From the IMG/VR virus record IMGVR_UViG_3300042462_000099, positions 7,881-71,880 of that record: a stretch of DNA of 64,000 nt; one strand, 5' to 3'. Numbering within the stretch: position 1 is the stretch's first letter; the number at the start of each line of letters is the position of its first letter. Positions 41,391-50,632 of this stretch are shown one piece after another. A program made the position numbers and the translations under genes. A model generated the notes under the pieces. It was given only the letters and a program-made list of their open reading frames with translations, was not told the origin of the DNA and did not search any database. This DNA is from a virus. Its lineage: Duplodnaviria > Caudoviricetes.

Positions 41391-41615
41391 TTAAAGTATA
41401 TAGTTATTCAGACCAATGACAGCGATGCCAATTGGCGCAGGAGAGGCTGCTGAGTAGCCTGGAATCTGAATGTTTGTTATCCGTATCCTAAATGGTAACA
41501 CTTCGTTAATCTTAACTATTGGATAAGGTTTTGAGATCTTTATAGCCCCGTAAGTTACAGCATTAATTGCTGAAACTTTTCTCTTAGTATTATTATTGAT
41601 TATTGATGTGGCCAT
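41391..41615 (-). CDS. small hypothetical virion-associated protein
   Basis: 74-aa ORF coupled to the upstream gene. Confidence 0.6.
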   Translation of the reverse strand: MATSIINNNTKRKVSAINAVTYGAIKISKPYPIVKINEVLPFRIRITNIQIPGYSAASPAPIGIAVIGLNNYIL

Positions 41616-42022
41616 TAATCAGTTACATCTTCAATAACAATTACGCTACCCTGGCAAACTGTCCAAACAGTTTCATTTCCTGGGGCAGACAACTGAATAT
41701 CAAATATGTCTCCAGTCTGTAATGTTAAAGATTGTGTTGCTGATAAAAATACTGTAAATTCTCCTGGAAGGTCATCTGGATCTGCAGCGGGACTTAAAGT
41801 CATAACAACTGAAGCATCATCACTAATAATGCCTGGAATCGTATTTGGTCTTTTGATTTTCATGGCTATTGACCAATCTGGCACATTGAGAGGTGCCTCT
41901 AAATCATCAGTAACGTAAACCTTAAATGATGCAGTATCTCCACGGACAAATGTCCAAGTAACTTGTGGTGGCTTTGAGCCAACATCATACTGAGATTTTT
42001 GAGAATTCCTATTTGTTGCCAT
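41615..42022 (-). CDS. BppU-like Ig-fold virion protein (paralog 1)
   Basis: VRGDT...FDIQL motif; leaderless TGGTATAAT promoter. Confidence 0.6.
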   Translation of the reverse strand: MATNRNSQKSQYDVGSKPPQVTWTFVRGDTASFKVYVTDDLEAPLNVPDWSIAMKIKRPNTIPGIISDDASVVMTLSPAADPDDLPGEFTVFLSATQSLTLQTGDIFDIQLSAPGNETVWTVCQGSVIVIEDVTD

Positions 42023-42049
42023 TTTTAAATTATACCACGAATCTTTGGT

Positions 42050-43000
42050 TTATACCCAGTCTTTTGGGAACTCCGCAAAGTCATCATATCCTATAAAACT
42101 AAAAACATCTGACTTTTTAGAGGAAATCATATCTCTTTGAATATAAGCAGTAAAAGTACTTCTAGGGGTTCCGATAAACTCCTTTGACTGACACATTACC
42201 AATAATCCAATTAGACCAAAGACGATCTCTGACTGGCTAGGTAAAGCCAAAAACTCATCTGAAAAATTATCTACAATATAGTCATCTAAAAACGTAATAT
42301 CTTTATTTTTAAATATTTCATTGTTTACATCATCTGTTAATACTACGGTTTTTAAATCATTATTTTTAAGCGCTTTGTCAAAATCTTTCTCTGAAAAACT
42401 GAATGTTCTTTCTGCATGATCTGTAAGCCTTACGTGCATGCCACGAAATTCTCCAAGACTGTTGGCAATTTTGTTTGCTAAATTTATATAATCTTCTTTA
42501 AAAGTTACTTTTATTTTATTTAAAAATTCATTATCTTGATTAGCAAAAAAGGTTTCACGGTTGGCCAGGTTTGGACCAGACATATTATAAGACTTGTTTT
42601 CTTCAAAGATTAATTCTTTTTTATTAAAATATTCAGCACCTACCTGAATTTCTTTAGAAACATTTACATAATCTGAAAACAGATTGTCAGATATTTTAAT
42701 TTCATCTTTAGAAAATTGATCTATTTTACCAAAAGCAATATACTCCCAAACCAAAGACTTATTAAAATCTATTAACTCAAAAAAGTTTACCATCTCTCTT
42801 TTAACAATTGAATCTCTTTTTCCAAAAACAACATTGTCACTAATTGGAAAACTATCAAGCCAGTTCTGTTGACTATCAAGTAAATTATAGATAACAAGTT
42901 TTTTATTTGTTATATAAGAAAGACCCAGACCTACTTCTAAACTAAACAGCCTGTTTGTAAGTCCTGCATGGTGTAATCTGTAAAATAAAAAGTTATCCAT
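42050..43000 (-). CDS. O-fucosyltransferase-like GT-B glycosyltransferase
   Basis: AGLTNRL, HVRLTD, VLTDD and FIGTPRSTFT match the motifs of the NodZ/POFUT/GT23-65-68 superfamily. Confidence 0.8.
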   Translation of the reverse strand: MDNFLFYRLHHAGLTNRLFSLEVGLGLSYITNKKLVIYNLLDSQQNWLDSFPISDNVVFGKRDSIVKREMVNFFELIDFNKSLVWEYIAFGKIDQFSKDEIKISDNLFSDYVNVSKEIQVGAEYFNKKELIFEENKSYNMSGPNLANRETFFANQDNEFLNKIKVTFKEDYINLANKIANSLGEFRGMHVRLTDHAERTFSFSEKDFDKALKNNDLKTVVLTDDVNNEIFKNKDITFLDDYIVDNFSDEFLALPSQSEIVFGLIGLLVMCQSKEFIGTPRSTFTAYIQRDMISSKKSDVFSFIGYDDFAEFPKDWV

Positions 43001-44018
43001 TTTGTTTTTTTATCCATTCATATGTTTGTTTGATTCCATCTTTAAGAGACATTGAGTAATCCCAGTCTAATTTTTCTCTAACTAAATCATTATTAGAGTT
43101 TCTGCCTCTAACTCCAAGTGGGCCAGGAATGTGCATTTTGCTAAGAGTTTTGTCTTCAATGCTACAAGCAATATCTACCAACTGATTAATAGTAACCATT
43201 TCTTCAGACCCAATATTGACTGGTCCAGTAAAGTCTGACTCCATAAGCCTTCTTGTTGCTTCTATGCATTCATCTATATATAGGAATGAACGAGTCTGTT
43301 CTCCATCCCCCCAAATTTCTATAAATCCATCTGACTGAATAACTTTTCTACATATTGCTGCTGGTGCTTTTTCTTTTCCACCATCCCAAGTTCCTTCTGG
43401 TCCATAAATATTATGATATCTGGCAATGGCTACAGGGATCTTGTTGTTTCTATTAAAGGCTAAGAACATTCTCTCACTAAACAGTTTCTCCCAGCCGTAC
43501 TCGCTGTCAGGATCTGCAGGGTATGCATCAGACTCCTTAAGTCCAGGATTATTAACATCCAACTGCTTATAGTCAGGATACATACAGGCAGAACTTGAAT
43601 AAAATATTTTGGTTTTATTAATATCATACTTTTCATTAAGTCTAGACTGCGCTCTTAATAGGTTAAGGTTTATTAGAGCAGAGTTTTCCATAATCTGAGA
43701 ATCGTTTAAACCAGTAAAGATATATCCTGCTCCACCCATGTCTGCTGCAAATTGGTATATCTCATCAAATGAATCTATAGAACGATATGGAACTTCGTGG
43801 TAAAAGTTTCCTTGATATCCTTTAAACTGAATAACTTTTTCAACATTCTCATATACCGAAAGATCTCTTTCAACAAACTCGTCTGCTTGTGTTTCTGAAA
43901 AGTCTGGATGTTTTAAATCAACACCACGAACCCAGTATCCTTCTGATTTTAATCTTTTAACCATGTGGCTTCCAATAAAACCACCTGCACCAAAAACTAA
44001 TGCCGTTTTCTGTTTCAT
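42993..44018 (-). CDS. GDP-mannose 3,5-epimerase-like extended SDR
   Basis: GAGGFIG, AADMGG, SSACMYP, YGWEK, GGKEKAPAAICRK, GVRGRNS motifs; ATG 44018 in TAATG overlap. Confidence 0.88.
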   Translation of the reverse strand: MKQKTALVFGAGGFIGSHMVKRLKSEGYWVRGVDLKHPDFSETQADEFVERDLSVYENVEKVIQFKGYQGNFYHEVPYRSIDSFDEIYQFAADMGGAGYIFTGLNDSQIMENSALINLNLLRAQSRLNEKYDINKTKIFYSSSACMYPDYKQLDVNNPGLKESDAYPADPDSEYGWEKLFSERMFLAFNRNNKIPVAIARYHNIYGPEGTWDGGKEKAPAAICRKVIQSDGFIEIWGDGEQTRSFLYIDECIEATRRLMESDFTGPVNIGSEEMVTINQLVDIACSIEDKTLSKMHIPGPLGVRGRNSNNDLVREKLDWDYSMSLKDGIKQTYEWIKKQNG

Positions 44019-44560
44019 TAGGCTAAACCGTTTTTCAATGCTCCCCAAGTTCCATTTCCTTTTGCTTGAACAATGAGTATTCCAGGATTTCCAGAATGAG
44101 CAACAATTCCTACTGCAACACCAGAGTTTTCTGGTTTTGCTCCTGACGAATCGTTTGCTCCTGAAATAAGCCCTCCAGTTTGACCAACATAAAGAATTGA
44201 GCCACTTGCAAATGTTGAAGTATTTAAACCTTCAAGAACTCCTCCTACTACAACTACACCATTAGCATTATTTGCTATATTAGTTTTTGCTAAACCTAAT
44301 AATGTTTGTGTAGAAGAACCAGTGAGTTTTGTTATTAGAGTTCTTTCTGATACTGAACTATATCCAGAAGCATAAACAGGGTCTCCTGCTGATATTGATG
44401 ATCCAGTTTCATTTCTTACACTAATTTGAAAATATGAAAGGCCTAAAGGTGGAAGAATCTCTTCTAGTTTAGTTACTAAATCTTTAATATCTCCGTGTAC
44501 ATTCACGTTATCGCTTGCTAAGGGATACGGTAAGCCTAGCCCGTTTAATTTTGTTGCCAT
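44018..44560 (-). CDS. virion decoration/cement-like protein
   Basis: LPYPLASDNVNVHGD N-terminus; ISAGDPVY...LYVGQTG pattern. Confidence 0.55.
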   Translation of the reverse strand: MATKLNGLGLPYPLASDNVNVHGDIKDLVTKLEEILPPLGLSYFQISVRNETGSSISAGDPVYASGYSSVSERTLITKLTGSSTQTLLGLAKTNIANNANGVVVVGGVLEGLNTSTFASGSILYVGQTGGLISGANDSSGAKPENSGVAVGIVAHSGNPGILIVQAKGNGTWGALKNGLA

Positions 44561-44588
44561 AGTACTTTTATTATACCATTGTTCAGAG

Positions 44589-44618
44589 TTGACTTTTGAA
44601 GAAATATCATGCTATACT
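44589..44618 (+). promoter_or_regulatory. sigma70/SigA-type promoter for lysozyme-like gene
   Basis: TTGACT-N18-TATACT with TG extension; divergent from TGGTATAAT at 44570-44578. Confidence 0.75.
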
Positions 44619-44665
44619 AGGTAGTAACACCTACCAAGGTGTTATTGTTTTCTAAGGAGGAAACT

Positions 44666-45229
44666 ATGATTAAATTTATCGAAAGAAACAAAGAGATCAT
44701 TAGCACACTCAGTATATTGACTTTAGTAGTGTCTTTGTCAAACACTGCTAATGCTGAAACACGAACAAGTGACAAAAACAATTTGAGTATAGAACAGGCT
44801 CAGGAGCAAGGAAACGCCTCGAAAGAGGTTTTTTTGGTTTCTAAAGCAAAAAGGCTAGAGAGTTTTGAGAATAAGACATCTCTGACCGATATTGAACTAA
44901 AGGAACTGCTTTCTCTAGTAGGATTTAAGGGTAAAGACCTTGTGGTTGCTTGGGCGGTTGCTAAAAAAGAATCTAATGGACGACCATTGGCTTTTAATGG
45001 CAATCACAAGACTGGTGACTCGTCTTATGGAATGTTCCAAATTAATATGATTGACAACCTTGGTCCTGACCGTAGAGAAAAGTTCGATCTTGACTCTAAT
45101 GCTGAACTGTTCAATCCCGTTAAAAATGCTGAAATTGCATACTACATGACAAACGGTGGAGACGATTGGTCTTCTTGGAAGGGCATTACGCCTAAGACCA
45201 GAATGTGGATGAGCAAGTTTCCTAAGTAG
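44666..45229 (+). CDS. secreted lysozyme-like/lytic transglycosylase protein
   Basis: AGGAGG SD; N-terminal signal peptide (ANA-E); KESNG catalytic Glu, GMFQIN, NPVKNAEIA..GGDDWSSW. Confidence 0.85.
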   Translation: MIKFIERNKEIISTLSILTLVVSLSNTANAETRTSDKNNLSIEQAQEQGNASKEVFLVSKAKRLESFENKTSLTDIELKELLSLVGFKGKDLVVAWAVAKKESNGRPLAFNGNHKTGDSSYGMFQINMIDNLGPDRREKFDLDSNAELFNPVKNAEIAYYMTNGGDDWSSWKGITPKTRMWMSKFPK

Positions 45230-45455
45230 GCCATTTGTTTGCTGGGCAAGTTGCATGCAAAAGTCTTGACTTAGCAACCATAAAACAGCCACACAAACTA
45301 CATTGCTTAGTTGCTAAAAGGTTTGGGCATGATTTACATATGTCATATCTTTGGTCTGCAACATTCTTATGAGCATATTCAGTATTTGGATTAATAAAAT
45401 CCCAAGGCCTTGTGTCTCCAAGGTTTTCTATCCATTGATCAAACTTATTTTTCAT
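45222..45455 (-). CDS. small Cys-rich metal-binding protein
   Basis: RYDICKSC...QCSLCGCFM...CPANKW. Confidence 0.75.
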   Translation of the reverse strand: MKNKFDQWIENLGDTRPWDFINPNTEYAHKNVADQRYDICKSCPNLLATKQCSLCGCFMVAKSRLLHATCPANKWPT

Positions 45456-45463
45456 TTTTTCTC

Positions 45464-47767
45464 CTAATCTGTATTAGAAATATCATACCACTGCTTGCCA
45501 TCATGTGTCAAGGCGTGTTCTGTAAAGTATATGTCGTATGGCTCACAGTTTATAGATATTACTTCAACTGGGAACTCAAGCATTTCTAGTTCGGTTATTG
45601 ATTCCCAGTTTCCAAGGTAGTCTCTAATTAAATCTGTTGAAATAACATCTCTTGACCATACAAACAATATTTCTTCATTACGCTTAACCATTATTACGTG
45701 GTTAGGGCTAAATGCATCTCCGTTAATTCTGTATGTCTTGTCTGTTGTGTGTCTAGTCACACTATTAACAGTTGTTATAACATTTTCAAATATGACATCG
45801 TCAATTGTTGACCAAGTCAATAGTGAAGATGTTGTTGCATCTGTTTGAGAGATTTCACCTGAATTTACAGATAATAGTTCATCTCCTACAACAATATCTT
45901 GTGCTTCCTTTAGGCTGCCATCAGCCATTCTAATTTTAGTCTTAGGTCCAAGAGAGTAGTATCCTGGGCCACGTGCTGGTGAGAATCCGAAGACAGAGAA
46001 TGTTGGAGTAAAGGTAAAGGCTGCTGTTGGAGTAAAGGTAAAGGCTGCTGTTGGAGTAAATGAGAATGCTGGTGCGGTTGGAGTAAATGAGAAGGCATTT
46101 GGATCTGTACAAGAAGCACCTGATGCTCCTCCATCTACACACTTAACGCCAACATCTGCTTGGTAGCATGGGCTTGCTGGGTTTGGAACATCCCCCTGTG
46201 CACATAAATGGAATCCAGAAAGAAGCGCTGGATATGTTGGGGCAACTGGAGTAAATGAGAATGTTGGAGTAAATGTGAATACAGGAGTAAATGAGAACGT
46301 ATTTATAAGTTCTCCACAACATGAATATCCTACGCCTATTTGATATTCGTTTGGTCCTCCAAGATAGGTCCTTCCTAAATCTGCACATGTAGCGGTAGTA
46401 TTTTTAGTTTGAACATTTGGAGACTGACAATTTGGCTTTGCAAGTGGTGTAAATGAAAAGACACTAAATGGCGTAAATGTAAATACTGAAAATGGCGTAA
46501 ATGTAAATGCTACGGTACAAGCCTCGCTTTCTTCCCAAGGACTTGACCTTCCTGCTTGATAAAATGGTTCAAGGTAATCATTTACAGAACAATCTGAATA
46601 AATAATATTTACAGTTCTATTTTGAGCATATCTTTTTCTTATTGATCCAACACAGGTTCCCCAGTCGTCCCAATTATAAACATATGAGGTTCCAGCAGTA
46701 CAAGTTACTACACAATCTCTTTGCTGTCTCCAAGGACTTGAATTTCCTACTACATAAAATTGTTGAGTTCCAGTGCTGATAGAACAGTCTGCATTAACTG
46801 TAGAATAATCTCTATCTGTTGCCCATCTAGACTGTGTTCCATTAGAGCATGTATCCCATTCTCCCCAATTATAAGTGTATGTTGTTGCTACCGTACATGT
46901 TGCAGCAACGTAATTCCACATAGTTAAATTTACATTTGTTCCTGAAGCAACTGCAGTTCCTGATGCTGGAGATTGACTTTCTACTTTGCCACTATTAGCA
47001 GCAGTGCTTGTAGTTGTTCCTGTTGTAACACTTCCAGAAACTAGTCCTGCTGTTTGAAGTGCAGTTTGTGCTGCAGCAGAAGTCATTCCTACAACATTTG
47101 GAACTGTTTTATCTAATACTACGGCTGGTGGGGCATTTGTTTTAACTGTACCCTGTCCTAATTGAGAAGATCCAGTTTGATTTGCTCCAGAATATACAAA
47201 AACAGTTATGTCGTGCATATTATCTGGAGTAAGACCAGTTGCGGTAACACTTGTTGCTGTTGTTCCATATAAACTAAAACCTGGCTCGTTATCTGTAAAT
47301 CTTGGAACAACCATTAAATGGAATGATACTTGTCCTGAAGATGTCCAACTAATTGTTGCAGTTGTTGTGCCAGTTGCAGTGCCCGATACGTTTGAAATAC
47401 TTAGTGCTGGTGTGTATGGAGTAAAAGTAAACACACCAAATGGTACAAATGAAAACACTGAAAATGTAACTGGCGTGAATGAAAATGGTGTAACTGGTGT
47501 AAATGTAAATACACTAAACGGAGTAAAAGAAAATAGTCTATATGTAAAATCTATTGGGCTTTCATAATCAACCAATGTTCCTGCTGGCGCTGCTTGGGTT
47601 ATAACAGTGTTTGTCTTTGTATTATCTTCTTGAGTTACTGTAGATGCAGTTCCTACTATTAGACCATTGCTTTGGATTAATTCTTCGGCTTCTGTTTTTG
47701 ATATTTCAAGGATATTTGGTACTGAAACCATTCCTTTAGAAGCAGACCATTTGCTAATCCAACCCAT
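45464..47767 (-). CDS. PASTA-FN3-PASTA-TSP1-like-Phe repeat-Hint domain protein
   Basis: VPNILEIS/VPNVVGMT..SQSPASGT PASTA motifs; WGEWDTC and WDDWGTC; four FxFTP clusters; Hint SLGPKTKIRMADG...SPNH...LTHD. Confidence 0.82.
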   Translation of the reverse strand: MGWISKWSASKGMVSVPNILEISKTEAEELIQSNGLIVGTASTVTQEDNTKTNTVITQAAPAGTLVDYESPIDFTYRLFSFTPFSVFTFTPVTPFSFTPVTFSVFSFVPFGVFTFTPYTPALSISNVSGTATGTTTATISWTSSGQVSFHLMVVPRFTDNEPGFSLYGTTATSVTATGLTPDNMHDITVFVYSGANQTGSSQLGQGTVKTNAPPAVVLDKTVPNVVGMTSAAAQTALQTAGLVSGSVTTGTTTSTAANSGKVESQSPASGTAVASGTNVNLTMWNYVAATCTVATTYTYNWGEWDTCSNGTQSRWATDRDYSTVNADCSISTGTQQFYVVGNSSPWRQQRDCVVTCTAGTSYVYNWDDWGTCVGSIRKRYAQNRTVNIIYSDCSVNDYLEPFYQAGRSSPWEESEACTVAFTFTPFSVFTFTPFSVFSFTPLAKPNCQSPNVQTKNTTATCADLGRTYLGGPNEYQIGVGYSCCGELINTFSFTPVFTFTPTFSFTPVAPTYPALLSGFHLCAQGDVPNPASPCYQADVGVKCVDGGASGASCTDPNAFSFTPTAPAFSFTPTAAFTFTPTAAFTFTPTFSVFGFSPARGPGYYSLGPKTKIRMADGSLKEAQDIVVGDELLSVNSGEISQTDATTSSLLTWSTIDDVIFENVITTVNSVTRHTTDKTYRINGDAFSPNHVIMVKRNEEILFVWSRDVISTDLIRDYLGNWESITELEMLEFPVEVISINCEPYDIYFTEHALTHDGKQWYDISNTD

Positions 47768-47775
47768 GATTAGCC

Positions 47776-48405
47776 CTACGCTGTCAAATCGCCAATAAGG
47801 ATCCAGGTATCGGTATCAGTTTTTACTAGTGACCCACCAGAATATCTTGCAGCAATTTTCTTGTTTAAATTTTTACTTAAAACAGTTACACCGCTAGACT
47901 CACTAATAAATACACCACCAGTACCGTACCTAATCAAGTCAACACGCTGGCCAATAACAAATGGCACTGTTGCGTTTGTTGGAACTGTGATAATAACATT
48001 GTCATTTGAGGTAATTTTTAAAGTTTTGCCTACATCAGACAAACTAAGTGTTTTGCTTGCAGTAATAGATGTTAAATAAACAGAATCAGAGTACTCTCTC
48101 CAAGAACCATTATAATAATATTGAATTTGGTTTATAATGTCTCCATTATCTGTTTGCTGAATAAAACAAACAAGACCATTAATTGGGTTTACTATAACAT
48201 CATTACGAGAAGACGGATTTAAAAAATTATTTACTCCACCTTTTGCACGTAGAACTGATTCATAGGTTGCTGAGTTTAAAAACTTATGAGTACCGCTCCA
48301 AATATAGTTTGCAGTTGTATTTGTGCTTCCAGTAACTGGATACCAAGCATCATCTTCTGAATCATATAAGTAGGCTAATTTCCCCTCATCGCTAATTGTT
48401 GACAT
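47776..48405 (-). CDS. fibre adaptor protein with C-terminal WILIGDLTA domain
   Basis: C-terminal ~100 aa paralogous to that of 36605..38554; start at ATG 48405 (TAATG overlap). Confidence 0.7.
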   Translation of the reverse strand: MSTISDEGKLAYLYDSEDDAWYPVTGSTNTTANYIWSGTHKFLNSATYESVLRAKGGVNNFLNPSSRNDVIVNPINGLVCFIQQTDNGDIINQIQYYYNGSWREYSDSVYLTSITASKTLSLSDVGKTLKITSNDNVIITVPTNATVPFVIGQRVDLIRYGTGGVFISESSGVTVLSKNLNKKIAARYSGGSLVKTDTDTWILIGDLTA

Positions 48406-48851
48406 TATACTCCTATCGGCTTCCATGCATTTGTTAATGAATCAAAAATATACATAGTTAATGGAACAGAGTCTCTATCTACCCAAAGCGCTCCGTCTGT
48501 TACTGTATTTGTTGCTGGTGGGGTGTTAGTAAAAATTGCACTTGGAAAAACAACAGAGTTAGATGCGGAAGAATTTTTGTTCATCCATACATAGCCTTCT
48601 AGTGGAGAAGTTGGAGCAGTAGCAGTTACTGAAGAACCAATTCCTCTATTATTTATTGTTGTTATATCATTTTTCATTTGTTGTAAATGATAGGCAATAG
48701 AATTTGATTGAATTTCTGCTGTTGAGGCTGGTGGGGTTGTTGTTCCATAAAGAAAAAGTCTTAATGCTGCGACAATGTCTGCAGCGTCACCATATGCTGG
48801 GATCTGGGTATTAAAGGGTCCGTTTAAGTTCGGATTTATATCTTGAGCCAT
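48405..48851 (-). CDS. virion/fibre-associated protein
   Basis: APTSPLEGYVW / TDGALWVD fibre-type repeats; GAGGTG SD. Confidence 0.6.
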   Translation of the reverse strand: MAQDINPNLNGPFNTQIPAYGDAADIVAALRLFLYGTTTPPASTAEIQSNSIAYHLQQMKNDITTINNRGIGSSVTATAPTSPLEGYVWMNKNSSASNSVVFPSAIFTNTPPATNTVTDGALWVDRDSVPLTMYIFDSLTNAWKPIGV

Positions 48852-48872
48852 TTGTTAACCACCTCTAAAAAA

Positions 48873-49454
48873 TTATACCATACTAATAAACAAATGAACG
48901 GACAAATTGCCAACCAAATCGGACCATGCTCCATCCTGAAGGGATGCTCCATGAATAGTTATTGGTAATCCACGGGACGATCCGTTAGTAATTATATCTC
49001 CTACTAGCATAGAACTTGCTATTGGGGTTTGGCTGCCAGAAATATTATGCATTACGGCAAAATCTGAAGCCTGGACTGTAGTTATCATATCTTCTGGAAC
49101 CACATCTATTAAATTTATTACAATTTCAACTTCTCCATCAACAAAAGTTCTTGACTCAACCTCTGAGTATTGATTTGTTGTCATTTTAAATATTTTTTCC
49201 CAAGTTTCATCTCCAGAGTCATTTATTCTCTGGTATAAAAATTGATAGTCTTCATGTGAAGGATTAACATTTATACACAAATCAAAAACCTTAAAAGTTT
49301 GATTGCCACCTATAGAAACTAGATTTGGATCCCCTACAGAAGTAAATATTCTGCTTCCTCGTTCTCCATTTGGACCGACATCTAAATCTACGCTTATTGA
49401 TTCTGGTCCGCCAAGAACTGTGATATCCTCTGTGTCAATCAATACATCTACCAT
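48873..49454 (-). CDS. hypothetical virion protein
   Basis: GPNGERGS short collagen-like motif; operon context. Confidence 0.6.
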   Translation of the reverse strand: MVDVLIDTEDITVLGGPESISVDLDVGPNGERGSRIFTSVGDPNLVSIGGNQTFKVFDLCINVNPSHEDYQFLYQRINDSGDETWEKIFKMTTNQYSEVESRTFVDGEVEIVINLIDVVPEDMITTVQASDFAVMHNISGSQTPIASSMLVGDIITNGSSRGLPITIHGASLQDGAWSDLVGNLSVHLFISMV

Positions 49455-49874
49455 TTAAGACTCCAGACTTGGGTTTGTTACATCTTCAACAACAGTTATA
49501 ATACCAGTTAAAACTGTGATTACCTTATCGTATGGTTGAGGATCTGTGTTACCAGAACGTCCATCAACTATTTGTATGTCGTAGACATACTGAACTGTAG
49601 AGTTTAGAAGATTTCCATCTCCTGGCCTAATTGCACATGTTAAATATGTGTTATCTGCAGATATTGAAGCATATGCTTTAACTACAGCAGGGTTTGACGC
49701 ATAGTCAAGACCTCTGGTTGGCGCAATTGTAAATTTTGGTCCTTTTAATGTACCTGCATTATGTTCAAATTCAGAAAGGTTATAGGGTGTACCGTCAGAC
49801 TTTTTTGGGTATACCCGAAATTCATAGGTATCACCTTTATAGTATGTAATGTTCATTGTGCCTGGGAATGCCAT
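49455..49874 (-). CDS. BppU-like Ig-fold virion protein (paralog 2)
   Basis: YKGDT...YVYDIQI...LTGIITV; leaderless promoter. Confidence 0.6.
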   Translation of the reverse strand: MAFPGTMNITYYKGDTYEFRVYPKKSDGTPYNLSEFEHNAGTLKGPKFTIAPTRGLDYASNPAVVKAYASISADNTYLTCAIRPGDGNLLNSTVQYVYDIQIVDGRSGNTDPQPYDKVITVLTGIITVVEDVTNPSLES

Positions 49875-49891
49875 GATTTTATTATACCATG

Positions 49892-50617
49892 TTACCTGAC
49901 TGAAACTGCTATACTTTTTAACAATACTATTGCGTCCATATCGGTTCTAACCTGTGGACTAATTCCAGAAATCTTATCAGCATCTGAATTTAAAAATAGG
50001 GTTTGAGTGACAGAGAGGTCATACGAATATTGATATTTTAAAGATGCTACAAAAGATATAACTTCAGACTTGCTTTCAGGGAAAAATGATCTAACCCATA
50101 CTTCTGTATTTGAAGAATATGTAGTGATTTCAAAATCATAAGTTATTTGTAGTTGGGTGCCAAGTTCTAATCCTTTAAGGTTAATTCTTTTTGTTTCTTT
50201 TCCATATAGACCCTGAGAATTTGATGGAAGATATTTTTCAACTGTTTCACGTGAAACATTTCCAAGAGTTAAGGATACCCAACCATCTTCTCCCTGAGAC
50301 GCTCCAGTTTTTGTTGGTATCAGGTTATCAGATACGTACTTTGCCCAACCTGCTGGCTGATTGTAATTTGGTAAAGAACTTTTTCCATCTTGTCCTTTTT
50401 GTCCAGTATCTCCCTTTTGTCCTTTTTGTCCATCTTGTCCAGGTTCACCTTTAGGGCCTTGAGGTCCAGTTTCTCCTTGAAGACCTCTTGGTCCTTGAGG
50501 GCCAGGAACTGGAATATATCCGACTGAGTTGTCCGTAACTATACTTTGCTGGTTTTCAACTTGAGATGCGTATGCCGCTTTCTTGCTTATTGGAAAATCC
50601 ATATTTTTAGAAACCAC
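49892..50617 (-). CDS. collagen-like (Gly-X-Y) protein
   Basis: About 14 uninterrupted GXY triplets from GPQGPRG to GQDGKS; GGAGG SD before GTG. Confidence 0.85.
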   Translation of the reverse strand: MVSKNMDFPISKKAAYASQVENQQSIVTDNSVGYIPVPGPQGPRGLQGETGPQGPKGEPGQDGQKGQKGDTGQKGQDGKSSLPNYNQPAGWAKYVSDNLIPTKTGASQGEDGWVSLTLGNVSRETVEKYLPSNSQGLYGKETKRINLKGLELGTQLQITYDFEITTYSSNTEVWVRSFFPESKSEVISFVASLKYQYSYDLSVTQTLFLNSDADKISGISPQVRTDMDAIVLLKSIAVSVR

Positions 50618-50632
50618 AAATCCTCCAGTAAA

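Noticed and set aside
35484-45988. Diversity-generating retroelement TR/VR pair
   Set aside because: The repeat is identical with no adenine-specific differences, and no reverse transcriptase is in the window.
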